DNA of 37,573 nt. Source: Desulfonema limicola (GTDB taxonomy: Bacteria > Desulfobacterota > Desulfobacteria > Desulfobacterales > DYRC01). The stretch's first letter is position 1; the number at the start of each line of letters is the position of its first letter. Below are positions 31,233 to 37,573 of this stretch, piece by piece. The notes beneath the pieces are model-generated. The model had not been told where the DNA came from, did not search any database, and saw nothing but the letters and a program-made list of their open reading frames with translations. The stretch lies in NCBI GenBank assembly GCA_020718925.1, contig DYRC01000004.1, forward strand, positions 2,235-39,807. The letters run 5' to 3'. The translations under genes and the position numbers were made by a program.

Positions 31233-31889
31233 TTACTTCCATTTGATAATCTGACGCTCAAAATCTATGCTGTATTCAAGCCCCCTTAAAAAATTCATGC
31301 CCAGCAGCCCGTTATAATCCGAAGGCAGCCCTTTATAGCTGATAATTGCCGCATCAAGTTCTTTTTTTTTATACGGACCCAGTTTGACATAACTGAGTTT
31401 TACCATTTCCGTATCAATTTCTTTTCCGCCGGCAACCTGCGCCCTTGATTTTTCAGTATCATAAATAGACAGGCGTTTGGCAACATCTTTGTGCAACGTC
31501 ATAATAGATGCGCCCGTATCCAGCACCAGCAGCGTATCCACCTCTTTGCCGTGATAACCTATTGTAACCGGAACCAATACCTGATTTCCGTGAATCATCA
31601 CTTTGGTGCTGAATTGCTCCTGCGCCTGCTGCTCTTCGGCGGCTTTTTCGCTTTCAAGACGCTGAAGTTCCTGTTGACGATCTTTTTCCATAGTCGCGGC
31701 TTTTTCAGGGGCGGACATGTGGTCATATTTTTCTTTATAGACCTTTAACTCTTTGTATTCAGATGGTATTTTGCCCGGATCATCCACGAAATGCGTCTTT
31801 CCGTTTTTATCTATATACTTGTAGAACTCAGCGCGTGAATCACCTATGAAAAGAATCATTATACTTAATAAAAGCAGAAATTTATTCAT
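31233..31889 (-). CDS. Retropepsin-like clan AA aspartic protease (DTGA type) with DUF4124-like N-terminal region
   Basis: ATG at 31889 with AGGAAA RBS; the track start is TTG. Signal/TM segment, FYKYIDKNGKTHFVDDP, a coiled acidic linker, LVLDTGAS active-site motif, GLLGMNFL. Confidence 0.8.
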   Translation of the reverse strand: MNKFLLLLSIMILFIGDSRAEFYKYIDKNGKTHFVDDPGKIPSEYKELKVYKEKYDHMSAPEKAATMEKDRQQELQRLESEKAAEEQQAQEQFSTKVMIHGNQVLVPVTIGYHGKEVDTLLVLDTGASIMTLHKDVAKRLSIYDTEKSRAQVAGGKEIDTEMVKLSYVKLGPYKKKELDAAIISYKGLPSDYNGLLGMNFLRGLEYSIDFERQIIKWK

Positions 31890-31894
31890 ATTTC

Positions 31895-32605
31895 CTACCA
31901 AAATCGCCAGCTTGCGGTGAAAAGCACATAAATCCCTAAAAGAAAATTGGTGATGCCGTGCGCCAGAATGCAGTAATTGATATGTTTTGTTTTATACAGC
32001 AATGCGTTGTAGCATAAGCCCGCCATAATGCCCGCCAGCCAGAGGTAATGCTCCAGCCCGAATAAAACCGATGATATAAGAAAAGATGCCCAAGTGAACG
32101 CGCCGATATTGACGCGCAGAAAATCAGGATTGACGATATAGCGAAGGATAAAAGATCGCCAGAAAATCTCTTCAAATATCGGCACAATAACGGACGCGCC
32201 GAAAAGTCTTATCGCAGCAAACGCATAAAACCAATTCGGTGAAAGCTTATGCGGATCATAAATTGCCGGCGTTCCCATCGTGGCAAATTTCCAATCCATG
32301 TTGATCCACAATACAAACACAATAACGCCTGCGCCCAAAGCCCATAACAGCTTTGCCGGATCAATCTTGTCCATGCGGAGTTCGTCATAATCTTTCCGAA
32401 AATACATCAGAACGCCGATAACCGCCGCAATTTTAATCGCATAAATTACCGGCGTGAGCCATACTGACGCTATTGCTTCGGGAAGCAGCGGCGTGAGCAT
32501 ATCCTGTATCAGGATAAACAGCATATAGGCGGCAAAGGGAAAAGCGCGGCTCACCCACGGAGTTTCCAGCCATATCGTCAGTTTCCCTTTGTCCGCCATA
32601 GCCAT
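31895..32605 (-). CDS. CPBP (CAAX-like) intramembrane glutamic endopeptidase
   Basis: EEIFWRSF (EExxxR), FGLEH, and a C-terminal HxxxN-like AHGITNF. Multi-TM. TAATG overlap with the pspA stop. Confidence 0.85.
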   Translation of the reverse strand: MAMADKGKLTIWLETPWVSRAFPFAAYMLFILIQDMLTPLLPEAIASVWLTPVIYAIKIAAVIGVLMYFRKDYDELRMDKIDPAKLLWALGAGVIVFVLWINMDWKFATMGTPAIYDPHKLSPNWFYAFAAIRLFGASVIVPIFEEIFWRSFILRYIVNPDFLRVNIGAFTWASFLISSVLFGLEHYLWLAGIMAGLCYNALLYKTKHINYCILAHGITNFLLGIYVLFTASWRFW

Positions 32606-33315
32606 TACACAATCCCCATCTTTTTCTTGAGTTCTGCCAGTTGATCGGATGACGAAGGCGTTGTCTGCCCTTTGGCAATAGCGGAATTGATTTCATCGTC
32701 AACGCTCTTGTCCGCGTTGATAATTTCGCCATACGCCTGAGCAAGCGATTCATCCCGCTCTACTTTGGCTTTCATTTTTTCAAGCATGGCAATTGTTCCT
32801 GACGGATCAATCTGGGCAATCTGCTCGTTGATTTTTTTGGTAGATTGAGCGGTCGTAGCACGCGCTTTGAGCGTTGTCAGATCATTTTCATAGCCCGTGA
32901 TGGACGATTTGATTTTATTCACGTTTGTCTGAAGCTGATTTGCCATTGTTTCATGTCGTTCCGCTTCCTGAGACAAGCGGTTCGACTCTTTGGCAGCTTC
33001 TTCTTTTTTATTCAATGCCTCCATAGCCAGCCGGTCAGACTGAGCTTTATCCAGCCCGCCGCTTTGCGCCTGCTGAAGCAACTGCATGGCTTTGCGCTCA
33101 TAATCCGCTGCCTGAGTTCTTTTATCATCAGAGGCTTTACGGGTACGAATCGCAATGCCTTTGACTTCGGCAAGGCTTACCATTGCCTTCTGCAAATCTT
33201 CTTTTAAATCCCGAATGCCCTGCTCGGTCATTTTAATCGGATCTTCAAGTTTGTCTATCACCGCATGAGCTTCAGACTCGCCGATCTTGAAAATTCTTGA
33301 AAATATAGATGCCAT
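32605..33315 (-). CDS. pspA: PspA/IM30 family protein (possibly YjfJ-type paralog)
   Basis: MASIFSRIFKIGESEAHAVIDKLEDPIKMTEQGIRDLKEDL..., long coiled coil. AAGGAG RBS. Confidence 0.9.
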   Translation of the reverse strand: MASIFSRIFKIGESEAHAVIDKLEDPIKMTEQGIRDLKEDLQKAMVSLAEVKGIAIRTRKASDDKRTQAADYERKAMQLLQQAQSGGLDKAQSDRLAMEALNKKEEAAKESNRLSQEAERHETMANQLQTNVNKIKSSITGYENDLTTLKARATTAQSTKKINEQIAQIDPSGTIAMLEKMKAKVERDESLAQAYGEIINADKSVDDEINSAIAKGQTTPSSSDQLAELKKKMGIV

Positions 33316-33345
33316 AGCATATTCTCCTTATCAGGTTAAAAAAAA

Positions 33346-33738
33346 TTAAGCATACGTCAGCAGTTCTCTGCCGTATTCGGAAAGTGCAAGACTCAACGCA
33401 TTGACAGAACCTTCCAATTCGTTATAGTCAAGGTTTTCAAGTTCGAGCGTATCCCGGAACATCACCATTTCGGCTTTATCATCCAGCACAAACGCGCCGT
33501 GAACCAGATGCCGGTTCATCTGCAAGAGACGTTTGAAAAATTCCGCCGGATTTTTCTGCGGATTAAGCTTCATAATAATCTGTTCCATTGTCAGCGTGGG
33601 ATATTCGCAGTCAATGACAAGATGTCTGATGCCTCTTGCCGTGTTGTCCACCACCACGAGTTGTTTTTCCGTATCTTCGGTGACGATGGGCAATCCCATA
33701 TCGTGAAGATAAGATTTGACCAAATTGAATTTTTCCAT
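33346..33738 (-). CDS. YjfI/DUF2170-like (YbjN-superfamily-like) protein upstream of pspA
   Basis: 130 aa with GAGGAGG RBS. The pattern ..LLQMNRHLVHGAFVLDD..MVMFRDTLELENLDYNELEGSVNAL resembles my recollection of DUF2170, which precedes yjfJ in E. coli. Tentative. Confidence 0.45.
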   Translation of the reverse strand: MEKFNLVKSYLHDMGLPIVTEDTEKQLVVVDNTARGIRHLVIDCEYPTLTMEQIIMKLNPQKNPAEFFKRLLQMNRHLVHGAFVLDDKAEMVMFRDTLELENLDYNELEGSVNALSLALSEYGRELLTYA

Positions 33739-33812
33739 AAAAACAGCCTCCTCAAATACTCTTTTGCTTCATTATTTCAAAAAATAGCGGCAGTTCCTCA
33801 CATATAATTTAT

Positions 33813-33841
33813 ATTTTAACAGATAATTCAGAAATTTGCAA
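33813..33841 (-). promoter_or_regulatory. Predicted sigma70-type promoter of the yjfI-like/pspA operon
   Basis: TTGCAA (33836-33841), 17-nt spacer, TAAAAT (rc 33813-33818). Lies 75 nt upstream of the ATG at 33738. Confidence 0.4.
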
Positions 33842-33930
33842 CTGTAACTTTACATAATCAGTCTATCTGCGACCGCAAGAGATCAGTTATAGCCGTACGC
33901 TGATGCTCGGATATCGTATATGGAAAAACT

Positions 33931-33959
33931 AAAAAACCCGCTGCTGAACGCGCCGCGGG
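33931..33959 (-). terminator. Rho-independent terminator
   Basis: CCCGC..GCGGG hairpin (33937-33959) followed on the minus strand by T6. Lies 31 nt downstream of the stop at 33990. Confidence 0.6.
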
Positions 33960-33989
33960 TTATTAATAACAAATTACAGTCTTCAAATA

Positions 33990-34319
33990 TTATATTTTAA
34001 CAGTTTTGAAAGCCGATGAAATAATGATGTCAATCACTCCGTTGATAAAGCGATCCAGCGCGACTTTCGTAAGTCCTGCCTGTTTTAGCGCAGTTAATTC
34101 CGCCAAATCCTTTTTCCCCATGATGAGCCACTCAAAATCATCCCGATTCAATCCTCCGGATGCCAGGAGTTTCAGCCATCGCTCAAGATCGGCTTTGCTT
34201 TTTTCAATAAATAACCTGCCGTCTTTAACCGCCGCATCTTTGTATGTGTTCCAACTGTTTTTTGCAAACTCTGTCAGCGATTTACCCACTTCTTTCAAAA
34301 AATCATCAAAAGTTGCCAT
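33990..34319 (-). CDS. Hypothetical helical protein (109 aa)
   Basis: AGGAGA RBS. Begins 11 nt after the upstream lipoprotein gene. No motif recognised. Confidence 0.55.
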   Translation of the reverse strand: MATFDDFLKEVGKSLTEFAKNSWNTYKDAAVKDGRLFIEKSKADLERWLKLLASGGLNRDDFEWLIMGKKDLAELTALKQAGLTKVALDRFINGVIDIIISSAFKTVKI

Positions 34320-34330
34320 TGTATCATCTC

Positions 34331-34774
34331 CTATCTGTTGGAAATTTCTTCGGGTTTCCGTTTTCCGCTTTCAAGCTCAATAATGGTATCAAATCCGTCA
34401 CTGATCAGCTCTTTTGCGGCTTTGATAAAATTAGCCGATACCTGCGATGTTTTTTCCCAGCGTTTTAAAAAGCCGCCTAAAGAATGCCGCTCCGGGTCTT
34501 TCAGTATTTCCCACTGCTTGGCGGTAATTTCATTTTTAGGCAAACCTTTGGTATATTGATATGCCTTTTCAAGATTCAAACGAAGAGATTCCACTTCCGA
34601 ACGATATTCGGAATAAGGGTTTGTGGCTTTATCCATCAGCATCAACGCTTCTGCTTTCAATGATGTGGCTTGTTCATAAGCCCTTTGATTAAAAGGTGAA
34701 ATTGTTGTACATGCCATCACAGAGAAAAAAAGCATCAGCATAATGGCAAACCATCGTGTTTGTCGGATAATCAT
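34331..34774 (-). CDS. Putative lipoprotein (147 aa)
   Basis: ATG at 34774 with AAGGAG 5 nt upstream. Signal peptide ends in a lipobox-like SVMAC. Confidence 0.6.
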   Translation of the reverse strand: MIIRQTRWFAIMLMLFFSVMACTTISPFNQRAYEQATSLKAEALMLMDKATNPYSEYRSEVESLRLNLEKAYQYTKGLPKNEITAKQWEILKDPERHSLGGFLKRWEKTSQVSANFIKAAKELISDGFDTIIELESGKRKPEEISNR

Positions 34775-34954
34775 AGCGTCTCCTTTATGCAATCGGCGGT
34801 TGTTCATAATTTTTTGATATTATCCCAATATATATCATCTTCATTCGGAAAAGTAAATTATTTTAGGAAAGAGTATGAACCGGCAGGAAATAAGAGAGAA
34901 AAGAAATTTGCAGCGATAGTCAAAGAATAAACCCCCCCGCCCCAAAAAACTTCC

Positions 34955-34983
34955 TTGAACAAAACCGATAAGCAGGGTATAAA
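34955..34983 (+). promoter_or_regulatory. Predicted sigma70-type promoter of the ABC exporter gene
   Basis: TTGAAC (34955-34960), 17-nt spacer, TATAAA (34978-34983). AAGAGGA RBS at 35001-35007. Confidence 0.4.
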
Positions 34984-35012
34984 TTCACAACTTTGTATGA
35001 AAGAGGATTTGA

Positions 35013-36806
35013 ATGCACGCAGATTACGGCTATTCTGAGGAACAGGAACTGGGCAAACCTTATGATGTCAAGCTTTTGAAACGCTTATGGTTTTTTATGA
35101 AACCGTATCAGCGATGGTTATGGCTGTCTGTTTTTATGCTGATTTTCATAACGGTGATTGAGCTTGCTCTTCCGTATCTGACCCGGATTGCCATAGATAA
35201 CTATATCGTGCCGAAAGGACAGCCCCATCCCCTGCTTGAAGAAAAACTGTCCGGCATCACCCGGATTGCTGTTATTTTTCTGATTCTGACAGTTGCGGAT
35301 TTGATATTCAACTTTGTTCAGGTGATGGTGGTGGAATATGCAGGACAGATGATGATGCACGATTTACGGATTAAGATTTTTTCGCATCTTCAAAGTCTGT
35401 CTTTATCGTTTTTCAACCGCAATCCTGTGGGCAGATTGGTAACGCGGGTTACGAATGATGTTCAGAACATGCACGAATTGTTCACGTCTGTTACGGTATT
35501 TATGTTCAAAGATATAATGATGCTTGTCGGCATTGCCATCATGCTGCTGATATTGAATTGGCAGCTTGCGATAGTATCTTTCATGGTGATTCCGGTTGTA
35601 TATTACGCATCTGTCCGTTTTTCAAGCAAAGCCAGAGAACTTTTCCGAAAACTCAGGCTGCTGGTTGCCAAAATCAATATCCGTTTTTCCGAAACCATTG
35701 CCGGTATCAAGGTCATTCAACTGTTTATGCAGGAGATGAAAAATTACCAGAATTTCAAAAACTTGAACCATGAAAATTATACGACCATGCTTTCGCAAAT
35801 CAGCGTTTATGCTATCTTTATGCGGATCATCGGATTTTTGGGAACTTTTGTGATGGCTCTGGTGATTTTTTACGGCGGCGTCGGCGTTTTGGCAGAAAGC
35901 ATCACTCTGGGCGTGTTGGTAGCGTTTCTGTCTTATGTCAGGATGTTTTTCAGACCCATTCAGGACATTGCCGAAAAACACAATATCCTGCAAAATGCCA
36001 TGTCTTCTGCGGAAAGAATTTTTCTGATTTTAGATAATGATGAAAAACTGTCCCAGCCTGCTGATTCGCCGGTGCTGGATAAAATCGAAAGCATTGAGGT
36101 CAAAGAACTCTGTTTTGCTTATGCGCCCGGTGAGCCGATCTTAAATGACGTCTCTTTCAGCATCAAAGCCGGAGAAACCGTTGCGATTGTAGGACCCACC
36201 GGATCCGGCAAAACCTCTGTGATTCATCTGCTGATTCGGTTTTATGAGCCGGGTTCGGGTCAGATTCTTATCAACGGGCATGATATGAAATCGCTATCGC
36301 CATCCGTGCTTCGGAATAAAACCGCGCTGGTGAGCCAAGACCCGTTTCTGTTTTCCGAAAGCGTGTTTCACAATATTTTTCAGGACAGAACAGAAGTTTC
36401 CGAAGAAGAAATCAACGCTGTGCTGAATGCCTCGAATTGTAAAGAGATTGTTCAGAAACTGCCCAAAGGGATTCACAGCGAATTGTCCGAGGGCGGCGCA
36501 TCTGTATCCAGCGGGGAGCGGCAGTTGATTTCCATTGCCAGAGCCTTTGCCCGCAATCCTGATCTGATTATTTTAGATGAAGCCACGTCCTATATTGATT
36601 CTGAAACCGAAGCCAAAATTCAGGATGCGTTATCCAACCTTACCCGCAACCGCACGACTCTGATTATTGCTCACCGGCTCTCGACTGTGCGTCAGGCAGA
36701 TCGGATTATCGTGCTTCGCCGGGGACGGATTATCGAAATCGGAAACCATGAAGAATTGATGAAGCAGAAAGGCTTTTACTTTAAACTCAACCAGATGCAG
36801 CATTAA
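35013..36806 (+). CDS. ABC exporter, fused permease/ATPase (MsbA/multidrug type)
   Basis: Six-TM ABC_membrane domain. Walker A GPTGSGKTS; signature VSSGERQLISIARA; Walker B LIILDEATS; H-loop AHRLST. Confidence 0.9.
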   Translation: MHADYGYSEEQELGKPYDVKLLKRLWFFMKPYQRWLWLSVFMLIFITVIELALPYLTRIAIDNYIVPKGQPHPLLEEKLSGITRIAVIFLILTVADLIFNFVQVMVVEYAGQMMMHDLRIKIFSHLQSLSLSFFNRNPVGRLVTRVTNDVQNMHELFTSVTVFMFKDIMMLVGIAIMLLILNWQLAIVSFMVIPVVYYASVRFSSKARELFRKLRLLVAKINIRFSETIAGIKVIQLFMQEMKNYQNFKNLNHENYTTMLSQISVYAIFMRIIGFLGTFVMALVIFYGGVGVLAESITLGVLVAFLSYVRMFFRPIQDIAEKHNILQNAMSSAERIFLILDNDEKLSQPADSPVLDKIESIEVKELCFAYAPGEPILNDVSFSIKAGETVAIVGPTGSGKTSVIHLLIRFYEPGSGQILINGHDMKSLSPSVLRNKTALVSQDPFLFSESVFHNIFQDRTEVSEEEINAVLNASNCKEIVQKLPKGIHSELSEGGASVSSGERQLISIARAFARNPDLIILDEATSYIDSETEAKIQDALSNLTRNRTTLIIAHRLSTVRQADRIIVLRRGRIIEIGNHEELMKQKGFYFKLNQMQH

Positions 36807-36821
36807 AGAAAGGAGAAAATT

Positions 36822-37553
36822 ATGAATCGCTTACTTTTGACCATGATGTGTGTGGCGATGTCTTTTGGCGTCGCTTATGCCGAACCCTTTGAAAAGGATC
36901 TGATCAAAACATCCGGCGGGGATTTGGAAATCACGTTTATCGGGCATGGAACTCTGATGTTTGGCTTCGGAGGCAAGATTATCCATATTGATCCGGTCAG
37001 CCAGTATGCGGATTATGCCAAACTGCCCAAAGCAGACCTGATCTTAATCACGCATGAGCATAAAGACCATCTTGATGACAAAGCCATCGCGCCAATCCGC
37101 ACGGATAAAACATCGGTGGTGCTGACAGAAACCTGCGCCAAGCAGTTGACCGGCGGGATAGTGATGAAAAACGGGGATGTTAAAACTGTCGAAGGCTTGA
37201 AAATCGAAGCGTTGCCTGCATACAATCTTGTCCATACCCGAAGCCCCGGCACACCGTATCATCCCAAAGGCATCGGAAACAGCTATATCATCACATTCGG
37301 CGATAAACGGGTTTATATTGGCGGAGATACTGAAAATACACCGGAAATAAAAGCGCTTACCGGAATTGACATTGCGTTTCTGCCCATGAATCTGCCCTAT
37401 ACCATGACACCGGAAATGGTGGCGGATGCGGCAAAAGCGTTCAAACCGAAATTGCTGTATCCGTATCATTTCGGAGAAACAGACACATCAAAGCTCACCG
37501 CCCTGCTTAAAGACGCCAAAGAGATTGACGTGCGTATCCGCAAGATGAAATAG
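36822..37553 (+). CDS. Secreted MBL-fold metallo-hydrolase
   Basis: Signal peptide MNRLLLTMMCVAMSFGVAYA; ITHEHKDHLD (HxHxDH); GGDTE; AGGAGA RBS. Confidence 0.85.
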   Translation: MNRLLLTMMCVAMSFGVAYAEPFEKDLIKTSGGDLEITFIGHGTLMFGFGGKIIHIDPVSQYADYAKLPKADLILITHEHKDHLDDKAIAPIRTDKTSVVLTETCAKQLTGGIVMKNGDVKTVEGLKIEALPAYNLVHTRSPGTPYHPKGIGNSYIITFGDKRVYIGGDTENTPEIKALTGIDIAFLPMNLPYTMTPEMVADAAKAFKPKLLYPYHFGETDTSKLTALLKDAKEIDVRIRKMK

Positions 37554-37560
37554 GTCTCTT

Positions 37561-37573
37561 GCACCCCTCCCCC
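37561..37573 (+). repeat. Start of C/G-rich double-hairpin repeat, copy 5 (cut by window end)
   Basis: GCACCCCTCCCCC is identical to the first 13 nt of copies 1 and 2. Lies 8 nt after the MBL stop. Confidence 0.5.

Noticed and set aside
33739-33930. Sigma54 (PspF-type) promoter upstream of the pspA operon
   Set aside because: I looked for TGGCAC-N5-TTGCW on the minus strand and found none. A sigma70-like TTGCAA-17-TAAAAT is present instead.
1-37573. tRNA/rRNA genes, transposase or integrase genes
   Set aside because: I scanned the intergenic regions and the ORF list. I saw no T-loop/acceptor-type tRNA signatures, no rRNA-like stretches, and no DDE, tyrosine or serine recombinase motifs. The mobile-looking features here are non-autonomous.

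Overview
This is a 37.6-kb chromosomal window with about 45 CDS. Spot counts give roughly 45-55% GC in core genes. The gene content (AhbA/B-type siroheme decarboxylase, CbiK, flavoprotein, HD-GYP, PspA) suggests a Desulfobacterales-like deltaproteobacterium, but that is inference only.

Core genes recognised from motifs:
- aroC-tyrA, lpxK, ridA, mltG
- a DEAD-box helicase
- three ABC transporter units
- a histidine kinase plus hybrid kinase plus binding-protein cluster
- a YjfI-like/PspA operon

Accessory or unusual content:
1. A 2.36-kb island (12290-14649) is bounded by 22-nt imperfect inverted repeats. It carries a translationally coupled pair (unrecognisable 180-aa protein plus a 177-aa protein with an Rx4H HEPN-type motif) and a PIN toxin pair. 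Each pair is followed by an attC-like imperfect palindrome. This is my best candidate for an undescribed toxin/defence module.
2. An ABC/SMC-type ATPase plus a Toprim-like (DUF4276/RloB/DUF4435-like) protein pair sits with zero spacing between tyrA and lpxK. It is markedly AT-rich.
3. A family of 90-117-nt C/G-rich double-hairpin repeats occurs in five copies. One lies in frame inside lpxK and one truncates a gene remnant.
4. A second small repeat family (GGATTGAAGGAT...ATCCTTCAATCCTGATTCAGACAAT) is present.
5. PspA is coupled to a CPBP protease and a retropepsin-like protease.
6. The helicase leader contains two terminator-like hairpins, and a possible sRNA lies downstream of the helicase.

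I saw no rRNA, tRNA, CRISPR array, transposase or integrase. All family assignments come from motifs read by eye; no searches were run.
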